A DNA stretch of 63,992 nt, counting the filler, from an uncultured bacterium (GTDB lineage: Bacteria; Auribacterota; CAZIXI01), in the NCBI GenBank assembly GCA_964543115.1. It is 6 parts of 6 records of this genome, joined end to end, with 100 filler letters (N's around TTAATTAATTAA, not from the genome) between each part and the next. Parts side by side here need not be neighbours in the genome. Positions count along the whole stretch, not along the records: positions 21,813 to 32,400 come from CAZIXI010000112.1; 5 more parts are not named here. One strand, given 5' to 3'. How positions within the stretch are numbered: the stretch's first letter is position 1; each line of letters opens with the position of its first letter. Shown here piece by piece: positions 21,813 through 31,474 of the stretch. A model generated the notes under the pieces. That model worked only from the letters and a program-made list of their open reading frames with translations. It had not been told where the DNA came from and did not search any database. A program made the translations under genes and the position numbers.

Positions 21813-24800
21813 AAGATGAATAGCGCGCGGGGAAAAAGGAAGAAGTATTACGCGGATATATTGATAAGAATGTTCTATTTTTTTAAAGAACTAAATGTGC
21901 GTGCTGATGATAAGGAATGGATAGTTTTTGCGCAGAATACTGTTGCGGAGGATATGATAAATATTTTTGGCCATATAAGCATAGCGCAGATAGATCAGGT
22001 ATTAAACAAGAAAAATAAAGATATCATTTCTGCTTTTAGAGAAGACAACAAGCGGATTGTTCTTTTAGGTATTCCATTTCTGGTTGATGGAAATCGTTTG
22101 GTGGCGGATTTATACCGTGAAGGAAAGGGGCCAAAACACGGCATTAATAAGGCGAGCAGGCTTTTGCGAAAAGCGGTAGAGAAGCCTGAAAAAACATTGG
22201 CAGGTAGGTATTATGACTTAGTAGTTCTTGTTGTTGATGAATCTTCCGCGGCAGAAAAGGTGCTGTTGATTAAGGATGCAAAAAAGAAGGGCCGGATACC
22301 GAAGAACGCCAGGGTGGTAATTGTCAGCCAGCCTTCCGGAATGATTACGGGAAATTGGAGTGCGATTATTAATTTAATGTGTAATGAGAAATTAAAAATA
22401 AATGAAGATGTAGCTGGAGATGTGCAATTGGTTGGCATAGATAAAAGGAGATTGAAGAAAAATACGACAAAAGACATCTGGGAGCAAATAAAGGATTGTG
22501 TTGTAGATGGCGAACAACACTTGGGTGGATATATTGAGGATAAAAATGTGGCGGTGGTTCTCAGCGCGGGTACAGGAAAGAGAAATTATCCGTTAACAGC
22601 GAGCGGTTATGGCTGTAAGGGAGGAGTTACCTGCCATAACGGTGAACCTTACCTCCATCAGACATTTGGGCAGATTATGTGTAATTTTGATCCTGAGCGA
22701 ACGGGAATGCTTATTACCACTAATGATGGGATAAAATGCCCGTCAAGAGATGTTGCTATCGGTGAACAGGGCTTTCAGATAATTGGAGCGGCAAAACCTG
22801 CGATGATCGGCCCGGGAAATGATAGATATAATTCAGCGGAACTGGGTGAGCTGGGATGTATGTTAGTTGATCTCGTAGGCGGGATAGGAAGGTTTGTGGA
22901 AAAGCCTAATGAGGATACCTGGCAGACAAGGTTAGATGCAATAGATTTTGTGCCCACTAACTGGGCGGATTATTATTTGCGGCCGGACTTTCTTGCCGCC
23001 TTGGTCCGGGCATATGGTGAATTAAAGGACAAAGAAGGTACTCCTTTATATCTGAAATATGGGTTGGATACCTCAAAAGATTTTTCTGAGCCGTGTACCA
23101 TCTCTAAGTGTCATAAGTTCTTGGAAATAAAGAGGAAGGAATTTGAAAAGAAAGGCAAGCTTGATTTCTGGGAAAGGGAAGCAAAAAGAGATTATGAAGA
23201 AATATGGGTGACAGCGCAGCAGCTAAAAGAAAGTTTTGGTATTGGCTTTGTCGATGCCGGCAGATATGCCTATTTTATGGATACAGGTACTAATCTTACC
23301 TTTAAGGCATTAGCGGAAGAGTTATTAGAAAATCCGGATTTGCGGGAGCTTATGGGAATGACAGCAGGGAATGGTTATACTATCGATCCGGATAATAATC
23401 TGATTGGCCCTAATGTGCGCATATCAAGTAATGTTCAGCTGGGAAAGAACAATGTAATTGTCGGTGATGTAACTATTGCGGCGGGAAGGATTGGCAACAA
23501 TTGTCTTATTGTGGATTCGCTGATAAATGAAATATATATTACAGATGATACTATGGTTTATGGAGTATATCGGCCGGAGGCGGGAGAGCAAATGATCTTG
23601 GATCATTCTCATACAATTGCCACAGAAGTATTTTTGCAGCCGGGGAAGATAGCTCCAAGAAGAAGAAGAAGAAAGTTAGGAGTAACGCTAGTTGAATTTC
23701 CTGATGGGCACGAGGCGGTAAAGGTGCCAGTGCTGCAGTCTTTAGATTCTAAGGCAAATGATGATATGCGCATGTATAAAGTAAGAGTTAATAGAACTGT
23801 AAAAGAAATTTTTGTCAGAAATGGTGAAATTGTTGGCGGCAATATGCGCGATTGGATAAAAACTAAGGGTGTTAAATATGATGAGGAAACAAAAGAGTTA
23901 TTTTATATCAAAAAAACACCAGGCAAAAAAGGCATAAGAGAACAAAGAATTGTTTTAGGTGAAGTTGTTGGTCAGGACGGCGGTTCTGTCTGGGATTTTA
24001 ATATTTGGCCAAGAGATGCAAGAGTATATGGACATCCGCGGTTAGGAGAAAGGGGTACTGCTGGTGGAAAGCTTTCATTTGCAGAGATTTCCAGCTTTAC
24101 AGATAAGACGGCAATAACTTCATTTAAGAGTATCTTAGCTGATTCACCAGCAGTGCTGCCGATAAGAAATCTTAAGTATAATAGAGCTTTGGCGGAAAAG
24201 GATCAAGCAGCAAGAGGTTTTATTATTACAGATCCAGCACGGTTAAGGGAAGTCTTTTGGGACGAAGTCTCTTTTGGTAGATTGATGCCCAGAATGGGCC
24301 ATACAACTACTTTCTTATCTACTCAGGAGACAATAAAGGTGACACTAGGGATTACTTTAGGAGATATACATCCGGATCAGGTTAGAGTTAGGCTTCATTA
24401 TGGACAGAGGGGTGAGGACTGGGATGATAAACTGATGAAACACTGGGAAGCTTTGCCTGACGGAAGATATTTGTATAAGTTAGATTTACCAATTCCTGAA
24501 TACTGTAGCGAAGGAGGTGATTTTGAACTTACCTGCAAGGTGGAATTGGTAGATGGTGCTGAAAGTGATTTCAAGTGGATTGGCGCAGATGATAATAATG
24601 CAAAAGTAGTTATTGTTTCTTCAGCACTAGATGCGTCGCTTTTAATGAGAAGGATTAAGCGAGGAAGGATAAATATACCTTTATGGCAGGCAGATTTTAC
24701 TGAGGCTGGAGTTATTACTGCTAATGATAAAAAGCCAGCAGAAGTTGATCTGGAAAAATATGAACGTGTGAGAAAGAGATTGGTAGATAAATATGGAGCC

Positions 24801-25466
24801 GGTATTTTTGGGGCAGCAGCGGGCATAAAGGTAGTAGAGAATTTGCAGGTTGAGGGGTCTGCTGAAACCGCTCCTGTCGCTAAGATGTCTAAGGGATATA
24901 TTATAGTTGATGTAGATGTATTTGGTATGTCTGATGATGAGCTCTTTTTAGTTTTGGACCATGATCTTAAACATAGCATTATAGAGCTGCTTGAGGATAA
25001 CGAGGCAATAAGAGAATTGGCTGTTATCTATATGAGTTTACAGTTAGCAATAGAAGATGAAATAAATGGCCCTGAAGATATGAGTGCTTTAGCAGCCAAT
25101 GAACGGTTCTGGCATTTATTAATCAAATTACGGCAGGAAGAACTCTCTGGTGAGCAGCGGGATAGCTTAATGCTTTCAGCGGCGATAGATTATATGAAAG
25201 ATATTCCGTATTACGAGAGATTATTTACCGAACTGGGGTTTGACAGGGAGAGATGGCGACAAGCAGTAGCTATGGCTGAAGGTAAAGTGACTGTGGCGAT
25301 AAATGTATATCATCAATTACCAAGATGTCCAGATAAAGAAGAAGATATATTGCCTAGGGTGCAGCGGGTAGCGCGCGACGTAATAAAACGGATAGGGACA
25401 CTTAATGATGCGCTTAGACAAGACGAGCTGACGGAGTTGTCCGCCCCTATTGAACAGGCTGTTTAA
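21813..25466 (+). CDS. Multidomain protein, 5' truncated: sugar-1-phosphate nucleotidyltransferase-like domain, left-handed beta helix, glucan-phosphorylase C-terminal-like domain; ends EQAV
   Basis: Motifs VVLSAGTGKRNYPLT, FVEKP, FMDTGT; hexapeptide repeats IGPNVRISSNVQLGKNNVIVGDVTI; LGDIHPDQVRVRLHYG. Confidence 0.75.
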   Translation, partial: KMNSARGKRKKYYADILIRMFYFFKELNVRADDKEWIVFAQNTVAEDMINIFGHISIAQIDQVLNKKNKDIISAFREDNKRIVLLGIPFLVDGNRLVADLYREGKGPKHGINKASRLLRKAVEKPEKTLAGRYYDLVVLVVDESSAAEKVLLIKDAKKKGRIPKNARVVIVSQPSGMITGNWSAIINLMCNEKLKINEDVAGDVQLVGIDKRRLKKNTTKDIWEQIKDCVVDGEQHLGGYIEDKNVAVVLSAGTGKRNYPLTASGYGCKGGVTCHNGEPYLHQTFGQIMCNFDPERTGMLITTNDGIKCPSRDVAIGEQGFQIIGAAKPAMIGPGNDRYNSAELGELGCMLVDLVGGIGRFVEKPNEDTWQTRLDAIDFVPTNWADYYLRPDFLAALVRAYGELKDKEGTPLYLKYGLDTSKDFSEPCTISKCHKFLEIKRKEFEKKGKLDFWEREAKRDYEEIWVTAQQLKESFGIGFVDAGRYAYFMDTGTNLTFKALAEELLENPDLRELMGMTAGNGYTIDPDNNLIGPNVRISSNVQLGKNNVIVGDVTIAAGRIGNNCLIVDSLINEIYITDDTMVYGVYRPEAGEQMILDHSHTIATEVFLQPGKIAPRRRRRKLGVTLVEFPDGHEAVKVPVLQSLDSKANDDMRMYKVRVNRTVKEIFVRNGEIVGGNMRDWIKTKGVKYDEETKELFYIKKTPGKKGIREQRIVLGEVVGQDGGSVWDFNIWPRDARVYGHPRLGERGTAGGKLSFAEISSFTDKTAITSFKSILADSPAVLPIRNLKYNRALAEKDQAARGFIITDPARLREVFWDEVSFGRLMPRMGHTTTFLSTQETIKVTLGITLGDIHPDQVRVRLHYGQRGEDWDDKLMKHWEALPDGRYLYKLDLPIPEYCSEGGDFELTCKVELVDGAESDFKWIGADDNNAKVVIVSSALDASLLMRRIKRGRINIPLWQADFTEAGVITANDKKPAEVDLEKYERVRKRLVDKYGAGIFGAAAGIKVVENLQVEGSAETAPVAKMSKGYIIVDVDVFGMSDDELFLVLDHDLKHSIIELLEDNEAIRELAVIYMSLQLAIEDEINGPEDMSALAANERFWHLLIKLRQEELSGEQRDSLMLSAAIDYMKDIPYYERLFTELGFDRERWRQAVAMAEGKVTVAINVYHQLPRCPDKEEDILPRVQRVARDVIKRIGTLNDALRQDELTELSAPIEQAV

Positions 25467-25534
25467 GTGGATACTGAATTAGTTTATGTTTTGCTAATCA
25501 CAATAAGTGGTTTCAAGTGATATGGAGGAAATGT

Positions 25535-27067
25535 ATGAGCTGGAAAAATGCTAATAAAATCAATATTTTAATTGTAGTTTTATTTTTTTGCATCAATTGT
25601 ATCTGTGCTGGTGGTGAAGAATCTATTGATTCGCATTCAATGTCTGTACAGACATTGGCGGCTGCTAGTCGATTAGGAGTAAGTGCTTCTCTAACATCAA
25701 GTACGAAATTTAAGATTGGTTCTGAACCGAAACAGCCGGTAGCAGATAGTATTTCCACAAAAACAAGCAGTCTTGCGGCAGCAGTGTTAACAAAATGTGG
25801 TTTACGGGGTAAGGTGCGGAGACTGGGGCTGGATAAAGTAAATCCGGCAGACAAACAGAAAATTGGCGAGATAAAAGATGAGGCTGATGGAATTGCTAAG
25901 AAGATATACGAGGCAATTGTTAAAATAGCAGGAGTTGTTTTAAGGGTGCGGGCCAGTGAAGGATTCGGTAGAGATGATGTGGCAGAGAGTTTTAAGGCCA
26001 ATGATGTAGTGGGTCCGGATGTTATAACCGGTAAAGAGCCGGTGCATGATGCTATTATTGATGTTATTGAAGGAACAAATGCCTTTGTCAGTGATGTTGA
26101 GGGAAAGAGTCTGGCAGAACTGGAGCCCTGGAAGGCGGGGGCAACCAGTGTTATTGTTACTGGACTAGGAGTGGGCTCTTTGGGTAATTGTCCTGATATC
26201 TATGTGGATTCAATAGTAACCTTAGTGCCTCCGGAACACAGAGAAATGATGAGTAATTTATTAGATCCGGAGATAACCACGGAGGAACCGCTTTTGACAG
26301 AGGAACAGCGGCAGAAATATGGAGATATTTTGGAAAAAGCACAAGAAGAAAGAATAGAGTGGTTTTTAAGTCAGCTGGCTGATGTTAATGGAATAACAAT
26401 TGGTGATTTAGAGGTAGTACTTATGGATAGATCCAGGGAAACGCAGAGATTAGCGGCCCTCCGCAAGATTAAAAAAAAGTATCCTGGATTAGAAATTACA
26501 ACAATTAAGGATGGTACTGTGATTCATGCCTTGTCGGCAACTTTTGGCCGCAAACAGGGCAAACATAAGGTTATTATGACCGTGGGTGCGGCACCGGAAG
26601 GATTTATGAATCTGGCTGTTGCCGGTGTTTTTCGCGATCAGGGTGCCTTGGCCAGTGTGCGTGTGTATTCAGAGAATGTTAATACGGCTGTCTCTGGAGA
26701 AAAAGCCGTTGATTTGGACCAGCGCTATGCCTTTAGTGAAGAGGAGACGGAAGGGGAAAATGGTATTCGTCATTTGCGGCCTGCTGACTGTGAAGAGATT
26801 ATTGCCGGGCGCAAATTGTTTACTCAGAACGATGTTCAGGGTGAGGGGGAAGGAAGCTTTGCCTTTATTTCCCATAACGGGGTTTTTGGTGTTGAAGGAG
26901 CGCGAGAGTTAGCGGATGGTAGGTATCAGGTAACGATACTGCGGGTAACTAGAATAGCTGGTGAACCATGTGTTTGGTTTGAGGAAAAGGTATTTTCTCC
27001 AGAGGAATTAGCGTTGTTTATGCCGGCAGAACAGTCGGTTTCGCTCGAGGTTGGTAGGGCGCTGTAA
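25535..27067 (+). CDS. Class II fructose-1,6-bisphosphatase (GlpX-like) with an N-terminal signal peptide; ends GRAL
   Basis: Motifs EGFGRD, DVIEGT, PDIYVD, VLMDRSR, IKDG and GAAPEG align with GlpX motifs. SD GGAGG precedes ATG 25535. Confidence 0.82.
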   Translation: MSWKNANKINILIVVLFFCINCICAGGEESIDSHSMSVQTLAAASRLGVSASLTSSTKFKIGSEPKQPVADSISTKTSSLAAAVLTKCGLRGKVRRLGLDKVNPADKQKIGEIKDEADGIAKKIYEAIVKIAGVVLRVRASEGFGRDDVAESFKANDVVGPDVITGKEPVHDAIIDVIEGTNAFVSDVEGKSLAELEPWKAGATSVIVTGLGVGSLGNCPDIYVDSIVTLVPPEHREMMSNLLDPEITTEEPLLTEEQRQKYGDILEKAQEERIEWFLSQLADVNGITIGDLEVVLMDRSRETQRLAALRKIKKKYPGLEITTIKDGTVIHALSATFGRKQGKHKVIMTVGAAPEGFMNLAVAGVFRDQGALASVRVYSENVNTAVSGEKAVDLDQRYAFSEEETEGENGIRHLRPADCEEIIAGRKLFTQNDVQGEGEGSFAFISHNGVFGVEGARELADGRYQVTILRVTRIAGEPCVWFEEKVFSPEELALFMPAEQSVSLEVGRAL

Positions 27068-27120
27068 ATTTCCTTGCTGTTATATTTTCTTGCTTTGCCA
27101 AAAAAGGCAATAGTGTATTT

Positions 27121-30100
27121 ATGTGCAAATTTATTATAAGAGTTATTACGGGTATTGTTGTTTTTAGCCTTTTGTCAGGAAGTAGTGTATATGGCTTTGG
27201 CGAAGGAGCTGTCTGTTCATCTGCGCTTAGTGCCAGTAGCTTATTTCAGCAGGCGGAATTTGCCAAAGATGTGGGGAAAGCGGAAGCGGAAGCTGAAACT
27301 GAAACTGAAGCGGAAGCGGAAAGAAGCGCAATGCAGATGCCATTTTTGCTTCCCGATTTGATTGTCTCAGTTTTGGGCGGTTTGTGTGTGGCTGTAATGG
27401 GCTGGTATGTGATGTTTGAGTCTTTTGATTTATTTACCTTGTTGTTTTTGCAAGATCCATTAATAAATGGTTTAATACTGCTTGCATCATTTTTATCTCC
27501 CTGGTGGGGGCATGAAATCCTGGGGCATTTTTTATGGGGCAATGTTGTTTGTAGATCTCAATTCAGAAAAGAAGATTGCCCTGAAGTTAAGATAAGATTG
27601 CGCTGGTTATTGTGGACTGAAATTGTTCCCAAGCATAAGCTGGGTTCATTGTCTAGTGCCCAAAGAGGAAAAATAACTGATCTTAAAAATGCTATTGCCC
27701 ATTATGGGCCGATAGCAAATATCTTGCTTATCTGTTCTGTCTTCCTGTTGACTTTTGCTGTGCAAGATCCTCTATATTTAGCCGGGGTGTCTTATATTTT
27801 AGTGGCCAACGCTCTTTCCTGTATTACGAGTTTGATTCCGGTTGGTACTATTTATATTCCTCTCTGGAGCTGGTTGCGTAAGCGCTCCGGCAGGCAGAGC
27901 GACGGTGGAATAATACTGGGAAAGAAGCTATTAGACGAAGAATTGCTGGAGGAAGAAATTGTCCAGATGTTGAAATATGAATTAGAGAGAGATTTTCTGG
28001 TTGTTATGACCAGAAATGATTTGTATGAATTGCTGAAAAGGAAATATCGTTATTTGGGCTGGAAGAAAGAAAGGGAAATGTTTGATAGAGTATTGGATGG
28101 GATGATTTCTAGAGGAAAAATTGTTTTAATGCATTTTTTGCCGGCGTTAGTTCTGGCAGAGGATATTGATATTCTTTTGGATAGAGAAATTATCAGGCCG
28201 TTGGACCATGGGATACAAGGGAGAAAAGAACCAGGAAGCGGATATTTTCTTTCACCTAACAGAGAAGAATTGATAGCAGAGGGCAGCATTATCGAGGTTG
28301 TTACTTATTTGTCTACCCAGAAACGAAGGAGAAAAGCATTAACCGGGGCGGCAGTAGAAGATATTGAGGAAGGTATCAGGCGTATATATTTTACGCCTGG
28401 TAAATATGAAACCGTAAAAAGGGATGTAAATGAAATTGGCAGGGTAAGGATTTATCGGAAATTATCTGATGCGATCGGAGCTAAAGCAGGGGTGCTGGAA
28501 AAGATACTGAGAGATTGTGTGGAGAGAGACAGTCTAGAAGACTTTCTGCATGTCCTTGATACAATTTTGATTTTTAATCGGCTGCCGAAATCTTTAAAAG
28601 ATCAGTTTCATAAGCCTGATTTAGTTAGATATGTATTTTTATGGAGTTTGTTGGCTGAAGAAGATAGGGATGCCGAGTATGAATGGGTGAATCCGCTAAT
28701 CGCTAAGGTAACTGACTTAATGGCTCTAGAGGCTCTCCTAAGCGATAGAGACAATTTTGGTTTATATTTTCAGTTTGTTAATCAGCTGGTGGAAAGGGAA
28801 CCGGAAATTGCTGTCCTGCTTTTTTGTTTTAAGTTCCAACAGCTTTTAGTGGCAGAAAACCAGGTGGCCGAAGTTGGCCGTGAAAAAGTAGAGAGGCTTC
28901 ATGGCGAGCTCATGTATGTTTTTAAGCCGCTTTTTGCTAAACATTTTAGGGTTGATGTTACGACAAAAACAATTGATAGGATATTCAAGGTAGTACACCC
29001 CAAGGTTTATGCTGAAATAGAAAGTGAGAGGGATGTGTATATTGGCAGCTTGAGGCAAGAGCTCGCAGAAGGGATTGCTAGAGAAGGGCATGGTGAAGAG
29101 GATTTTGTGTCTTTTATGAGAAGAGAGATAGCTGAATGGTTATTTCCAGATCTATTAGAAAAAATTGATTTAGATATAAAAGTAAGAATAAAGGGAGTTT
29201 GGAGTACATATGATAAGATCAGGCGGTATGTGCGGGGTAAGAGAGGTCCAGCCAGAAATGGTGAGGCAGTGGGAGTAGCAGATCTACATGATCTTTTGGC
29301 TTTTAGGATTATTGTCAAGGATAAAGAGGGAACAGAGGGTCTAGCAGAGAAAGTTAAAATACGAGTATGCCGGCAAATTAATGCTGTTTTGCAGGGCATG
29401 CGATTTTTGCAATATGTGCAAGAGCTGAGTAATGATTATATAGAGAAACCCAAGAGAAGCAGGTACCAATCTTTGCATACTGTCTGTAGGTGCAGCGGGA
29501 GGAATTTTGAGGTACAGATAAGGACACAAAAGATGCACGAAATAGCAGAATATGGACCAGCGTCGCATAGCGCGTATAAGGTGAGAGAAAGTGTGGGGGG
29601 AAGTTTTGTTACCGATGAAGAAGCAATGGTTGTTGCCTGCAGCAGAAGAGGGGGCCAGGTTCAGTTAGTGAAACTGCCTAATAATGCTACGGTTATGGAT
29701 TTATTAAGCCACCCGCAAATTGATAATATTAGCAGGCGAATTCGCGGAGCTGATGTGTCTATTAAAAGAAAAGGTTCTCTAGTTAAAAATGTTGCCCTTG
29801 GTTCTGTGTTAGAGCCGGGGGACGTTATTGATTGTCAATATAGAAATAAAAAAAGGAAAAATCCTGTAGCTAAGGAACATGCAAAAAGAAGTAAACTTTA
29901 CCGGACTAAACTCTATACAGAAACATTAGCAACTACATCCAAATGGCAGGAGGGTTTAGAATTAGTTTTAGCCAGAATAAAAGCAAAAACAGAGGTTCAG
30001 CAAGTATTGAGAAGCAAAAATAAGATGGATTTATCATTGCTAGAAAGTTTACAAAGTATAATGGTGAGAGAATGTGAGGGCTATTTTGATATCTCAAATT

Positions 30101-30711
30101 TGTGTGAGGGGGCCATTGATTATGGTTTTACTACAATGAAGATAAAAAAAGAATACGAATTTACAGGAGATCCCTTTCCCTGCCTTTCTGCTGTGGAAGA
30201 ATTATTGACAGCAGTAGCTTATGGTCTTATCCGGAGAGAGAGTATTTATAAGTATCTTATCGGGGAAAGGGAAGAAGAGGCGTTTAAGGAAGAATTGTCA
30301 TTGCCCGCTATTGCTCATAGACTTCTTCGCCTTGCAGAGGGGATAGAACGAGATGATTTTTTGAAAGCGAGACTGCAAGAAAAAATTCAAGCTTGTGTTG
30401 CCGGAATAAAGAGCGGTGAGTACAGATGGCTTGGTAAAAGAGATTTACAGCGATTGTTATGGGCGATGGCGAAGACTAAGGATTCAGATTTACTGAAAGA
30501 AGTAGCGGAGATAGTGGATATTACTCTAGCTGAGGATTGTCCAGATGACCTTCGAGGAAATGTAGTTTTTGACCTCTATAATGAAATCAGCCTGTGGCAG
30601 GAAACAGAAGAGGCATTTAGGCAGCTGGATGAGCTCAGAGAAGGGATAGGTTCTATTAAGGCAGGATTGCTTAAGATTCTTGCTTCTAGACCGTTAGATG
30701 CGTCTGTGTAA
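27121..30711 (+). CDS. Signal-peptide protein with an M50-like membrane segment, degenerate HD domain, RelA/SpoT synthetase and TGS domain; ends DASV
   Basis: M50-like HEILGH, GPIAN and SLIP...SDGG. Synthetase motifs RIKGVWSTYDK, DLHDLLAFRIIV, DYIEKPK..YQSLH, EVQIRT, EYGPASHSAYK. TGS-like LPNNATVMD. Confidence 0.85.
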   Translation: MCKFIIRVITGIVVFSLLSGSSVYGFGEGAVCSSALSASSLFQQAEFAKDVGKAEAEAETETEAEAERSAMQMPFLLPDLIVSVLGGLCVAVMGWYVMFESFDLFTLLFLQDPLINGLILLASFLSPWWGHEILGHFLWGNVVCRSQFRKEDCPEVKIRLRWLLWTEIVPKHKLGSLSSAQRGKITDLKNAIAHYGPIANILLICSVFLLTFAVQDPLYLAGVSYILVANALSCITSLIPVGTIYIPLWSWLRKRSGRQSDGGIILGKKLLDEELLEEEIVQMLKYELERDFLVVMTRNDLYELLKRKYRYLGWKKEREMFDRVLDGMISRGKIVLMHFLPALVLAEDIDILLDREIIRPLDHGIQGRKEPGSGYFLSPNREELIAEGSIIEVVTYLSTQKRRRKALTGAAVEDIEEGIRRIYFTPGKYETVKRDVNEIGRVRIYRKLSDAIGAKAGVLEKILRDCVERDSLEDFLHVLDTILIFNRLPKSLKDQFHKPDLVRYVFLWSLLAEEDRDAEYEWVNPLIAKVTDLMALEALLSDRDNFGLYFQFVNQLVEREPEIAVLLFCFKFQQLLVAENQVAEVGREKVERLHGELMYVFKPLFAKHFRVDVTTKTIDRIFKVVHPKVYAEIESERDVYIGSLRQELAEGIAREGHGEEDFVSFMRREIAEWLFPDLLEKIDLDIKVRIKGVWSTYDKIRRYVRGKRGPARNGEAVGVADLHDLLAFRIIVKDKEGTEGLAEKVKIRVCRQINAVLQGMRFLQYVQELSNDYIEKPKRSRYQSLHTVCRCSGRNFEVQIRTQKMHEIAEYGPASHSAYKVRESVGGSFVTDEEAMVVACSRRGGQVQLVKLPNNATVMDLLSHPQIDNISRRIRGADVSIKRKGSLVKNVALGSVLEPGDVIDCQYRNKKRKNPVAKEHAKRSKLYRTKLYTETLATTSKWQEGLELVLARIKAKTEVQQVLRSKNKMDLSLLESLQSIMVRECEGYFDISNLCEGAIDYGFTTMKIKKEYEFTGDPFPCLSAVEELLTAVAYGLIRRESIYKYLIGEREEEAFKEELSLPAIAHRLLRLAEGIERDDFLKARLQEKIQACVAGIKSGEYRWLGKRDLQRLLWAMAKTKDSDLLKEVAEIVDITLAEDCPDDLRGNVVFDLYNEISLWQETEEAFRQLDELREGIGSIKAGLLKILASRPLDASV

Positions 30712-30712
30712 T

Positions 30713-30808
30713 CCCCCGATTCCATCGGGGGACTGCTATAGTTGAATGGGTATAGACTGCCCCCCGATTCCATCGGGGGACTGCTATAGTTGAATGGGTA
30801 TAGACTGC
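30713..30808. repeat. Two exact tandem copies of a 48-bp unit containing the palindrome CCCCCGAT-TCC-ATCGGGGG
   Basis: 30713-30760 is identical to 30761-30808. Each unit also holds a CTATA/TATAG inverted pair. Confidence 0.95.
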
Positions 30809-31049
30809 CAGTTCTACTTGATAGGAAACTCCTCTTTCCTGTTACTTGACGTGTCTTGGCGAAGTGTGAAATTGCCCGCAGGATATTTTCTCCTAAAAAT
30901 ATGATATTTGGTCAACATTTGCTTTTTTGGTCAACATCTATGTCTCTCCTAATATCAAGCAGAGCAGCGACTTAGCGTTTTTGTCGTTTGGCATTTTTCT
31001 TGCGTTATAAAGCTGCGAGCGGAGATAAAAAATCCAGCGGGAGGAAAAA

Positions 31050-31292
31050 ATGAAGATAATTTGTCCTAAATGTTTAGAGAAAAACAGTACCTCTGAAAAG
31101 GGTATTGGTACCAGATGTGCCTACTGTCATTACTGTTTTACTATTGATGATATCAATTTTAAGGCAGACTGGCATAAGGGTCGTGAGTCGGTAAAAGAGG
31201 TAGAGATCGGTACCGGGGTAATGGATCTTTCAGACCAGGATTTTTGGGGTAATAACCAGTCAGGTGAAGGTTTTTGGGGGAATTACTGCTAG
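31050..31292 (+). CDS. Small zinc-ribbon protein
   Basis: CPKC...CAYC pairs; SD GGGAGG upstream. Confidence 0.75.
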   Translation: MKIICPKCLEKNSTSEKGIGTRCAYCHYCFTIDDINFKADWHKGRESVKEVEIGTGVMDLSDQDFWGNNQSGEGFWGNYC

Positions 31293-31364
31293 GATTAGTA
31301 TTGTAATAAAAAAATATATTTCAAAATAAATCATTATAAATCTGAGCCCGGGTAGGGTGTCGGC

Positions 31365-31425
31365 AGGCCGGGTTGTATTCATTAATCATATTAGTATGAT
31401 TAATGCTACAGTCCGGCCTTTTTTT
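31365..31425 (+). terminator. Long imperfect hairpin (about 24 bp) followed by T7; intrinsic-terminator-like
   Basis: GGCCGGGTTGTATTCATTAATCATA-TTAG-TATGATTAATGCTACAGTCCGGCC then TTTTTTT. Confidence 0.7.
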
Positions 31426-31474
31426 CTTTAGCTGATATTAATAATAATTAATAAATCTAATATAGGAAGAAAAA

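Noticed and set aside
25513..26001. Minus-strand 162-aa ORF and similar antisense ORFs in contigs C, D and F
   Set aside because: They fully overlap well-supported genes on the opposite strand and show no recognisable domains.
30576..30773. 65-aa minus-strand ORF
   Set aside because: It is produced by the 48-bp repeat and the antisense of the RelA-like gene end.
30713..30808. CRISPR array
   Set aside because: Only two abutting identical units with no spacer, and no cas genes on the contig.
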